Shown here: positions 18,218 to 26,505 of the stretch, in pieces
How positions within the stretch are numbered: position 1 is the stretch's first letter
Layout: each line of letters starts with the position of its first letter
Source: a virus
Direction: 5' to 3' (one strand)
Length of the DNA: 64,000 bases
Virus record (IMG/VR): IMGVR_UViG_3300028800_000064
Span: 1-64,000 of that record
Notes under the pieces: generated by a model
What the model saw: the letters and a program-made list of their open reading frames with translations, nothing else
Databases searched by the model: none
What the model was told of the DNA's origin: nothing
Translations under genes and position numbers: made by a program

Positions 18218-18323
18218 GGGTGGCAACGCGGGTTCGAATCCCGCACGCTTGCGGTTCTTATAATCCGCGCCACTGGGCGGGATTATGAGGGAGCGTTCGT
18301 CTAGCCAGGGAAGGACTCCACCC
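18218..18323 (+). ncRNA. circularly permuted tRNA-like RNA 3 (Glu-like)
   Basis: GGGTGG, CAAC, T-arm GCGGG-TTCGAAT-CCCGC, acceptor ACGCTT/GAGCGT capped by a long hairpin, D-arm GTCT-AGCCAGGGAA-GGAC, CCACCC; then TGATTTTTT. Confidence 0.85.
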
Positions 18324-18355
18324 TGATTTTTTCTCGATAGAATAAGGAAAGCATC

Positions 18356-18766
18356 ATGCTAAAAACAGACAAACCAGTTTCTGCTACGCCAGGAACAAGC
18401 ACCAGCACTGGCGGAGCCACTGCAACTCGGAACACCGGAGCGGCAACAGGCGGCGCAGTGACTATCACCATCTCCGGATCAAGCAGCACTGGTACTAGCA
18501 CTGAGACTGCCACTACCACGGGAGCTGGCGCAGGAAAAGGTGCATCAAAGAAACCAGGCAAAGACACAGGAAGCAAGCCTGATACGGGCGACAAACGGCC
18601 CCACGTTTACAATATCACCGTGAACTCGACGGGCAAGAGTGGAGATGCGATTGATGGGGATCGCGGCAATCAAACGCATGGTGCCGCCGAAGCGAAAAAA
18701 GCGCAGACGATGCGCAAGGGGCTCAGTGGTTTGAAAAAGGCGAGCCCAAAGAGTTTGCCCGAATAA
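18356..18766 (+). CDS. low-complexity T/G/K-rich hypothetical protein
   Basis: AAGGA RBS; stop codon lies inside the 5' end of tRNA-Thr. Confidence 0.55.
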   Translation: MLKTDKPVSATPGTSTSTGGATATRNTGAATGGAVTITISGSSSTGTSTETATTTGAGAGKGASKKPGKDTGSKPDTGDKRPHVYNITVNSTGKSGDAIDGDRGNQTHGAAEAKKAQTMRKGLSGLKKASPKSLPE

Positions 18767-18831
18767 CTCAGCGGCAGAGTCGCCGATCTGTAATCGGCCA
18801 GTCGGTGGTTCGAATCCATCTTCGGGCTCCA
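18757..18831 (+). tRNA. tRNA-Thr(TGT) with non-canonical C33
   Basis: GCCCGAA/TTCGGGC acceptor, GCCGA-TCTGTAA-TCGGC anticodon arm, CCA. Confidence 0.9.
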
Positions 18832-18844
18832 AATCGAGAGAGCA

Positions 18845-19459
18845 ATGCTGAACATGACCCCTTCGCGGGAACGAATCGGATATCTGATACGGCATGGTGA
18901 ACTCAAAAACATGCACGTTTGGGATGGATGGGGCGATTTCGAGCTGAGCGAGGAAGGCAAGTTCCAGGCCGAGAAAGCCGCCCAATGGCTTTCTTTTGAA
19001 CGCCTTGGGCGAGCTATTTCTTCGGATATCCCGCGCACGATTCAAACAGCGCAGTACACTTTGGACACCGGGTGCATCTCCTGTCCCTTTCTATATACCG
19101 ATCCAAACCTCCGTCCGTGGATGGTTGCCGACTACACCGGCCAAGAAAAGACGCCGGAGCGGATCGCGTCGTTTCAAAAGTACATGGATGATCCTGCTCT
19201 GGTGATCCCTGGGGGAGAGAGCCAAGATCAGCTCAACGACCGTATCCAGGTGATTTTTCAGTATCTTGCAACCCCGTACGACGCCAAACCCACGGCCTTT
19301 TTCATCCACAACTCCGTGATAAAATCTCTGCTGCAGAAGATGCACATCAAGCAGGCGGTTGCACCGGGCGGTATCATCGCCATTGACATGGATGAGAAGG
19401 GTGAGATGTACTTCGAAGTCGTCCTTGGGCAAGTCGAGGAAGAACAGGGAGTTAGCTAA
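18845..19459 (+). CDS. histidine phosphatase superfamily protein
   Basis: YLIRHGE, LSEEGKFQA, SSDIPRTIQTA, PGGES, distal His (FIHN). Confidence 0.9.
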   Translation: MLNMTPSRERIGYLIRHGELKNMHVWDGWGDFELSEEGKFQAEKAAQWLSFERLGRAISSDIPRTIQTAQYTLDTGCISCPFLYTDPNLRPWMVADYTGQEKTPERIASFQKYMDDPALVIPGGESQDQLNDRIQVIFQYLATPYDAKPTAFFIHNSVIKSLLQKMHIKQAVAPGGIIAIDMDEKGEMYFEVVLGQVEEEQGVS

Positions 19460-19460
19460 T

Positions 19461-20021
19461 ATGGCACCCGAGTCTCCGTTTACCGATCCAGCCGCGCCGA
19501 TCCTCTCCGGCGATCCAGTTCTGTCCGACCAGAACCGCGCGGACCTTTGGGACGTATTTTACCAGTCGAAGGATGCTTCCGAAATGGCGGCCCATCTACA
19601 ACCTTTGGCGATCCCAGAAGACACAAAACGCAAGCTTTACTTGGCCAAGCAGACCTCCACTCCGGTTGTAGCTCCGTTGGATAAGGCCACCAGCGCCATC
19701 CAGAAGTTGGCCACAATCGATCCGGAAGTGCTGGATTTGGCGGAAACGCACCCCAACGTGCTCAAAACCTTAGCGGCAGCTCTTAGCACCCCGGAAGGCG
19801 GGGCTGCGGGGGCTTCTGGCGAGGGCTCGGCAGCTTCGAAGGAGAAGGGGTCAAAGACGGGCAAAAGAACGCCTACGGTCACGCCAGACCTTCCCGCCAC
19901 CCCTCCTGGGCATGCTTTGGTGCAGGCTAGTGACAACGGGCTTCACCACATCCCGATTGAAAACATCGACAAGGCACGCGCCATTGATCCAAAACTCCAA
20001 GTTTTGCACGTCCAGGAGTAA
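19461..20021 (+). CDS. hypothetical protein, possibly internal virion protein
   Basis: C-terminal motif resembles that of gene 61322. Confidence 0.65.
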   Translation: MAPESPFTDPAAPILSGDPVLSDQNRADLWDVFYQSKDASEMAAHLQPLAIPEDTKRKLYLAKQTSTPVVAPLDKATSAIQKLATIDPEVLDLAETHPNVLKTLAAALSTPEGGAAGASGEGSAASKEKGSKTGKRTPTVTPDLPATPPGHALVQASDNGLHHIPIENIDKARAIDPKLQVLHVQE

Positions 20022-20023
20022 TC

Positions 20024-23000
20024 ATGGCCGACGATCCCAAAGCTGCTGCGCCACAACCTGCTGATAACAACTCCGTTACGGTAGACGGGGCGATTGATAA
20101 CACCGCGCCCGCCGCGCAGCCATCTCTGCCGCACCACGCGCCGTCGCGGAAACCAGCTCAAACAATCGAAAATCCAGCGATCACCAAACCCAAAGCTCCG
20201 GCCATGAATGACCCAATGGGGTTTCCGGAGGGGGTGAGCCGCCACGCGCCGGTCGATACAGCGGTTGTACAACCCGGCCCGAGCGGCTTGGAAGGTCTGA
20301 AAGATCGCGTCGTCGCAGCGGCTACGGCACCCTTTCATCCTATTGATTCGTCCGCTGCAGGAAAAGAGGTATCGCGGGAAGTCGCGGATGAATGGCACAA
20401 GGCGCGCCAAGACCCTAACTTTGTGATGGGCATGGTTGGTCCTGGTGAAATTGGACCGGGCGGCGAAGAGGCGGAAGTGGCCGCCAAAGACGCCGCGAAA
20501 AAAGTTTCCGATCTGTTCGCGGGCACGAAGGGACAATCGCCGAAGGCCGCCAAGAAAGTGGTCGAAGACGCCGGGCTCAAGTATAAGGGTGAACTGACGC
20601 CAGGTTCGAACGTGCATATGTTCGAACACCCGGATCATCCAGGGGAGACTGCGTCTCTGCCGGGACCACTTACCACGGATGCCGTAAAAACCAAAATGGA
20701 CAGCAAGCTGCAGGCGTTCGCTGCGGCCCCTGCACCCATAAAATTTGATGCCGTTGGCGGCAAAGAGGTGCGCCCCAGTCCGAAAGTGGCGCAGGCGGCA
20801 GACGCGGTCACACCCGAGATCAAAGCAGAGGGTCCCGAGTGGGATCGCACACATAGCGCAATCGTGGACGGCAAGAAAGTTGGATCGGTGGGCTACAAGC
20901 TCGATCCGGATGGACGCGCGCAAATTTACGGCTCGCAGGTGGCCCCTGATTTGCGCGGCAAAGGTGTCGGCCAGAAACTGTATCGGGCAGCGATTGATGA
21001 TGCCCGAGACGCGGGTGCATCGCGGATCACCAGCGATTCCACGAATACATCGCCCGATGCTAATCGCGTGTGGGAGAAGCTGCGCGAGAAGGGTCTGCCG
21101 GTTGAGAACATCACGCACCCGAACGGCAAGCCTGGGTACGAGATCGATTTTGAGAATCCGCCGGAACCGACTGCATTTAGTGGTGAAGACGTGGTGTCGC
21201 ATATTCAAAACACGTCCCAGTCACCAATCAGTCGCACCGAAGCTCATCAGCGAGCGGGTCTCGACTCAGGAGGTAGTTATCAGTTGCGGGATGTGCCTAC
21301 CGAGAGTTTGGAAGCCGCAGATGATTATGATCCCGCTTTGGCAAAAAAATATGCAGATCAGAAAGGTCCACTTCCTGCTATTGTTTTAGATGGGGATGGC
21401 CGTATTCGTGATGGAAACCATCGTGTTGCGGCGGCTACTCTGCGAGGAGAACCCACCATTAAGGCGTACGTACCAATAGATTCGTATAAGGCTCCCGCGC
21501 CGGAACACGTTCAAACCCTAGCGGCGCGTGGTCAACTCCCCAACCAAAAAATCAATCTGGGCGAAGCCTATGGCGACACTGGAAAGTATGTAGGCGGGTT
21601 GGAAGATAAAACTTCGAATTACCACCCAGACTTGCAGAAACTTGTTACGCAGTTCGGCACCAGTACGGATGCGTCGAAAGTTCAGAACGGCGCATCGTTT
21701 CTGGCTCCGGACGGGAAGTTCATTCACCTGGGTGCGACTACCCATGATGCCGCTATTGACTGGGCCACGGGCCGGGGTGTGACGAAGGAAGCCCCAGATA
21801 ATCGAGTCGCGTTCCTGAAGGACACTGGCGCGGTACGTCTGCGCGCTACAACCGGAAAAGCCGGAAAGGAACTCGCTATTTCTGTGCCCGCTAAAGGGGT
21901 GACACCAGAACAGGTTGATTCCATTCGCCAGGCCGTGGGCCAGGGTCTCGGGCGAAACGGGAATCTCACTATGGAAGTGGGTGAACCGAGCGGCAAGGCG
22001 GCGCGCAAAGAGTTCGCTAGCCCGCGCGATGTTGAGCCCATGCTGAAAGAGATCGGCGCGCACCCTGAAAAAGAATCTCCTGCGGCTCCAAGCGCCAAAG
22101 GTGGCGGAGTCGCCGCGAACGCTGGTAAACCCGTTGGCGAGGTAGCTCCGAACCCTGAGCTGCAGGCGTCAGCGCAAAAGTACGCCAAGGCGCAAGGTAT
22201 GGAGAAGATCGATCACTCCCCGGTGAAAGTTGATCCCGCGCGGGCAAAGGAAATCGCTCGCATTTACGACGAAGCCGAGCATGCGCCGAACGATCCGAAA
22301 GTCAAAGCTGCGTACGATGCGCTGAAGTCCGAAACGAAAGACCAGTTCCATCAGCTTCGCGATGACCTCGGTCTGAAGTTTGAGCCCCAGGAAGATGATC
22401 CCTATCAGTCTGCCGGGGAGATGATGAACGACATCAAGCAGAACAAGCGGCTGAAGGTTTACACGGGTTCGGGTCCCGGCGCGGATCACCCGCTGTCGGA
22501 AATCGATCCCGAGACCGGCCACAGCTATAACACCCTGTTCCGCTGGGTTCACGATGCGATGGGCCATGCGGCTGGTGGCCATGATTTCAGCGAAGCTGGC
22601 GAAAAGAGTGCCACCGAAGCGCACGCTCAGATGTATAGTGACAAGGCGCGGCCTGCAATGCGCGCGGAGACCGAAGGCCAGACTTCGTGGTTCTTCCACA
22701 ATCCTGAAGTTGAGTCGGGAGCCAAGAAGCCCGGCGACTTCGCAGAGCAGAAAGCTACAACCATACCTGACGAAACTTTGGAACAGAAGTTGAAGAGAGG
22801 CGTATCTCGCGACACTCCAATCAAAACCGAAATTCCGCTTTCAAAAATCTCAGTAAGCGAAAAAGCATACACGGGAGCGTCTCGAAATATTTCGCGCGGA
22901 GCGGGCTCGAAAACATCGGGTCCGGTGCAATTGGTCTATAATCCTGCGAATGGACAGTTTCTTGTTGAGGATGGAATGCATCGCATTGTGCAAGCAAATC

Positions 23001-24763
23001 GCAATAACGATGCAACCATCCAAGCTACAATTCATTCTTCGCCTACAGATACCGCAAATGTTGCCGAAGGCGATAAGATGAATTTGGAGCCCACCCCTTG
23101 GCACGAAACCGTAGCAGACAAAGCTGCCGACGAGGAAGCTGGCGGTATCAATCCGCGCACAGGCAAGTCCGACAGCAAGGGCATCGGGACAGAGATCATG
23201 CCTGAGTTGCGCCAGCCGCTAGATCATGCGCCCACGGCAGACGACTTCAAAAAGTTCTACGAACAGCACCAAGCGATTTTCGATAAGCACCCTGAGCTGC
23301 GCGTGGGCTGGGACAATAACTCCGCAGTTCCTGGTGGACACGAAATAAACGTGGGCGCGGTTGGCAAAGATGCCGCGCGCGTTGCGAAGAAACTCGATCA
23401 GAAGTCTGCGTTCGACATTGCAAAGGGTGAAGTGCTGCCCACCGGCGGTTCTGGGCTCCGCACGGAATTTCCGAACTATCCTATCGAAGAACGGGTCAAG
23501 GACTTGACTGGGCAGCCTCAGTCCGACATCCCAGGCTTCGAGCATTTGTCGAAAGATATGTACGATCATCTGGAGCCTGATGAACGGGAGTATCTGCAGG
23601 GAAACAAAACTCTGCAGCGGAATGTGATGACGCAGTATCACAAGATCGATCCTTCCGTTCCGGAAACTACGAACGCAATGCAAGCGGGAGCTGCGCTGGG
23701 TGGTTGGTGGCAACGCTATATTGACGTGTTCCATAACCTGGGAGATGGCGGAAAACAGGTTGCCAACACCATCGGCCCTTCGCACGCCGAGATTTTGAAA
23801 CAGTGGCACGCGGCTCTCTCGGGGAACAAATCGATTGAGGACGCCAACAATTTGGCGTGGCACTCCTACGCGGACTGGCTCGACGCAGGGAAGCCGACAG
23901 ACCGCAAGTCGATTGATGATATTGTCCGCAAGAACGGCGCGCAGCCCGAAGGCAGTGGCAAAAAAGGCAACGCCGCTATATCAGACACTCTCAACAATCG
24001 CGGGAAGGTGGTATCTGAAGGTGTGGATACCAGCAAGCTCTTAGGTCTGGTCAACAGTCCCGAAATGCGCGGCGAACGTCCATTTACGAACGACGTGTTC
24101 AGCGAAGGAAAGCGCAATCCGCTGATGGGTCTGGATCAGCGCGCTCGCAAGATTCCATCCATGGGTGCCACCGTTGCGGGCAAGGGAAATCTCAATCGGT
24201 TGGTGATTGACGCCCACATACGTGATTTCTATGGCCACAATAGCTCGACATCGGCGGCTCAATATATCGCGGACTCTGCTCATCTTCGCCAAGCTGCCGA
24301 GAAGCTCGGTCTGAAGGGTGGTCAGGGCCAGGAACAGCTGTGGGGCACTGTGTTGGGGCTCAAAACTCTTTTGAAAGAGGGCTTGACACCTGCGGATGCT
24401 GGCGGTACACTAGATGCGGATACAATCAACCGCATCGGAAAAGATTATGCGGAGGTAATTGCAAATGACCCAGAAATCACAGGACCCGGCGGAGTCCTCG
24501 ACCGGCTCAAAGACAAGTACGGGATTGGAAGCGGATCGGCTGGCGTTAGCACAGCGGATCGCCAAGCACCAAGCTCCGGCGCAAGTGGTGGTCAGCAAGC
24601 AGGCAGCCAAGCGGCAGTTGATCCGGCTCTCCTTGGAAAAACTGCTGGACGCATCCGTAGCCAAATCTCAGACATGAAGATCAAAAAGCCCAGTGCTTCG
24701 AAGGGACCCAGCGCGCTCGATCTCATCAATGCGCTGAGTGCGTTGAAAAAGCCCGCCAACTAG
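20024..24763 (+). CDS. large polyvalent protein (GNAT, two ParB-like, HDxxGH and HhH-glycosylase-like domains)
   Basis: VAPDLRGKGVGQKLY; IRDGNHRVAA; FRWVHDAMGH; VEDGMHRI; AALSG...LVIDAH...QEQLW. Confidence 0.8.
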   Translation: MADDPKAAAPQPADNNSVTVDGAIDNTAPAAQPSLPHHAPSRKPAQTIENPAITKPKAPAMNDPMGFPEGVSRHAPVDTAVVQPGPSGLEGLKDRVVAAATAPFHPIDSSAAGKEVSREVADEWHKARQDPNFVMGMVGPGEIGPGGEEAEVAAKDAAKKVSDLFAGTKGQSPKAAKKVVEDAGLKYKGELTPGSNVHMFEHPDHPGETASLPGPLTTDAVKTKMDSKLQAFAAAPAPIKFDAVGGKEVRPSPKVAQAADAVTPEIKAEGPEWDRTHSAIVDGKKVGSVGYKLDPDGRAQIYGSQVAPDLRGKGVGQKLYRAAIDDARDAGASRITSDSTNTSPDANRVWEKLREKGLPVENITHPNGKPGYEIDFENPPEPTAFSGEDVVSHIQNTSQSPISRTEAHQRAGLDSGGSYQLRDVPTESLEAADDYDPALAKKYADQKGPLPAIVLDGDGRIRDGNHRVAAATLRGEPTIKAYVPIDSYKAPAPEHVQTLAARGQLPNQKINLGEAYGDTGKYVGGLEDKTSNYHPDLQKLVTQFGTSTDASKVQNGASFLAPDGKFIHLGATTHDAAIDWATGRGVTKEAPDNRVAFLKDTGAVRLRATTGKAGKELAISVPAKGVTPEQVDSIRQAVGQGLGRNGNLTMEVGEPSGKAARKEFASPRDVEPMLKEIGAHPEKESPAAPSAKGGGVAANAGKPVGEVAPNPELQASAQKYAKAQGMEKIDHSPVKVDPARAKEIARIYDEAEHAPNDPKVKAAYDALKSETKDQFHQLRDDLGLKFEPQEDDPYQSAGEMMNDIKQNKRLKVYTGSGPGADHPLSEIDPETGHSYNTLFRWVHDAMGHAAGGHDFSEAGEKSATEAHAQMYSDKARPAMRAETEGQTSWFFHNPEVESGAKKPGDFAEQKATTIPDETLEQKLKRGVSRDTPIKTEIPLSKISVSEKAYTGASRNISRGAGSKTSGPVQLVYNPANGQFLVEDGMHRIVQANRNNDATIQATIHSSPTDTANVAEGDKMNLEPTPWHETVADKAADEEAGGINPRTGKSDSKGIGTEIMPELRQPLDHAPTADDFKKFYEQHQAIFDKHPELRVGWDNNSAVPGGHEINVGAVGKDAARVAKKLDQKSAFDIAKGEVLPTGGSGLRTEFPNYPIEERVKDLTGQPQSDIPGFEHLSKDMYDHLEPDEREYLQGNKTLQRNVMTQYHKIDPSVPETTNAMQAGAALGGWWQRYIDVFHNLGDGGKQVANTIGPSHAEILKQWHAALSGNKSIEDANNLAWHSYADWLDAGKPTDRKSIDDIVRKNGAQPEGSGKKGNAAISDTLNNRGKVVSEGVDTSKLLGLVNSPEMRGERPFTNDVFSEGKRNPLMGLDQRARKIPSMGATVAGKGNLNRLVIDAHIRDFYGHNSSTSAAQYIADSAHLRQAAEKLGLKGGQGQEQLWGTVLGLKTLLKEGLTPADAGGTLDADTINRIGKDYAEVIANDPEITGPGGVLDRLKDKYGIGSGSAGVSTADRQAPSSGASGGQQAGSQAAVDPALLGKTAGRIRSQISDMKIKKPSASKGPSALDLINALSALKKPAN

Positions 24764-24772
24764 GAGGGTACC

Positions 24773-25072
24773 GTGAACGATCACGCAATGGCGTGGGCCG
24801 ACCTTCTGATGCTTCTGATAATTGTTCTGCAAGGTTTTGGTATCATGTATTGGGAGTGGGGCGTCTACCGACTGAATCGCGAGCGGTACGAGGAGCGAGC
24901 AAAATGGCGAAGGGAAAAGCAAGAACAGACGAGGAGAAAAAACGCGACCGCGACAAGCGATATCAGCAAAAGTACCGCATCACCCTCGATACCTATAACA
25001 AAATCGGCGAAGCTCAAGGATGGTGCTGCGGAGCCTGCGGCAGACATGCTTCGGAATTCACTGTCAGCTTGA
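24773..25072 (+). CDS. small membrane protein
   Basis: GGAGG RBS with GTG start; one TM then a basic stretch; overlaps Endo VII gene. Confidence 0.5.
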   Translation: MNDHAMAWADLLMLLIIVLQGFGIMYWEWGVYRLNRERYEERAKWRREKQEQTRRKNATATSDISKSTASPSIPITKSAKLKDGAAEPAADMLRNSLSA

Positions 25073-25377
25073 ACGTGGATCACGAACACTTCAAAATCGA
25101 GATGGTGCGCGGGAGCAACGACGCGCTCGGCAAACCCAACGGGTGGATCGCCAGCACAACGATTCGAAATTTTTTCATCGCACGCTGGGGTTCGACCAAA
25201 GCCAAAGCCAGAAAAAATCTGCAAGACGTTGCGCTACCTCTTAGTGTGCGCGGTCTGTTGTGCCCTGGCCGCTACACCGGCTGCAATCGCCTAATGGGTC
25301 GCGTGGATCGAATCGACTGGTTGAAAAAAGTTCTGGTGTACCTCGAAAACCCTCCGGCGCACTCAATTATTTCTTGA
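24904..25377 (+). CDS. recombination endonuclease VII family
   Basis: KYRITLDTY...QGWCCGAC...VDHEH...VRGLLC...CNRLMG. Confidence 0.85.
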   Translation: MAKGKARTDEEKKRDRDKRYQQKYRITLDTYNKIGEAQGWCCGACGRHASEFTVSLNVDHEHFKIEMVRGSNDALGKPNGWIASTTIRNFFIARWGSTKAKARKNLQDVALPLSVRGLLCPGRYTGCNRLMGRVDRIDWLKKVLVYLENPPAHSIIS

Positions 25378-25402
25378 CATTTTCTCAATACTAGAGTACT
25401 AT
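25374..25402 (+). promoter_or_regulatory. sigma70-type promoter
   Basis: TTGACA-N17-TACTAT. Confidence 0.75.
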
Positions 25403-25418
25403 TTCTGTGGAGGACTTC

Positions 25419-26174
25419 ATGACTACCACACCCACAGATGCTACCGTTACCAAAGACATTTCAAACGATCTCACCTGGATCAAAACTCATGCGCTGATTG
25501 CCCTGCTGGCTATCGGGCTGATCGCAGGAAGTATCTTCGGCGGAATCTCGCTGATCGAAGATATCGAGACCAAGCATGACGAAACTGCCGCAGCCGCTGC
25601 ACAAAAAGCTGCGAATGTCAATACCGCCGCGCAAGCCGCGCTCCTGGTCCAGCTGCAGCAAATCCAGGCCGATAACACTACCCGAGATGCCCAGCAGACA
25701 GCTTTGATTGCGTCCTTGGTTACGAAGATGTCCCAACAGCGCGCAGCGACCGTGAAGCAGGTAAAACAGGATGCCACGCTGGACGCGCAGACAGCAGCTA
25801 ACCGACTGGCCGCGCAAACAAAGGCGAACCCGTCCGACGTAACTACGAATAACGACTTAGTCACCATGACGTTACCACTCACTCGCACCGTGGTGGCGGA
25901 TTTGGATTTGCTGACCCAGGCGCAGGCCGATGTTACAAATCTGCAAAGCCAACTGGGCGCGCAACAGATTTTGACTTCCGATGCTAATACAGGACTCTCC
26001 GCAGCAAACCAAGTGATCGCCGCAGACAAACTCGAATTGATCTCTACCATCAAAGCGGACAACGATGCCTGCAACGTGCGAGTGGACCAGCAGGCGGCTA
26101 AAGATCGTAAACGAGGGTTCTGGGTGGCCCTCGGTAGCGCGATTGGCGGTGTGATTCTCGGCAGCAGGCTGTAA
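25419..26174 (+). CDS. membrane-anchored coiled-coil protein (spanin-like candidate)
   Basis: N- and C-terminal hydrophobic segments flanking an A/Q-rich coiled coil. Confidence 0.55.
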   Translation: MTTTPTDATVTKDISNDLTWIKTHALIALLAIGLIAGSIFGGISLIEDIETKHDETAAAAAQKAANVNTAAQAALLVQLQQIQADNTTRDAQQTALIASLVTKMSQQRAATVKQVKQDATLDAQTAANRLAAQTKANPSDVTTNNDLVTMTLPLTRTVVADLDLLTQAQADVTNLQSQLGAQQILTSDANTGLSAANQVIAADKLELISTIKADNDACNVRVDQQAAKDRKRGFWVALGSAIGGVILGSRL

Positions 26175-26199
26175 CACAAAATCTCATTCAGGAGCCCGC

Positions 26200-26505
26200 A
26201 TGTCATTACCTGCAGGATTCAAAGTGAACGGTCAGAAGAATGCGACGGGTGGGGGTCAACCTGTTCCGCCCCGCGTAAAGCAGATGATGCTGCTGTTGGA
26301 GAACCTGCCAACGGGAGACGTGCTCACCTCGACAGAGCTGGCCACGAGACTGAGTATGTCGGTCGGAGGCCCCGCCCTGCAGCATCCGGCTATCGCGGAC
26401 TACAGGGAAAAAGTAGACAACAAGCTGTTCTGGGGCAGTCGTAAGAGCATCGCGCAGTTGCGCAAACAGTTGACCGAACCCGAGGACTCCGATGACCAAA
26501 ATTAA
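26200..26505 (+). CDS. hypothetical protein, possible HTH
   Basis: LTSTELATRLSMS. Confidence 0.6.
   Translation: MSLPAGFKVNGQKNATGGGQPVPPRVKQMMLLLENLPTGDVLTSTELATRLSMSVGGPALQHPAIADYREKVDNKLFWGSRKSIAQLRKQLTEPEDSDDQN

Noticed and set aside
18025-18323. tRNA fragments as attP or integration scars
   Set aside because: No integrase in the window; att duplications leave a 3' fragment only, not complementary halves in reversed order with their own promoters.
18757-18831. Reading the loop as tRNA-Tyr(GTA)
   Set aside because: The stem register centres TGT, there is no long variable arm, and the acceptor is Thr-like.
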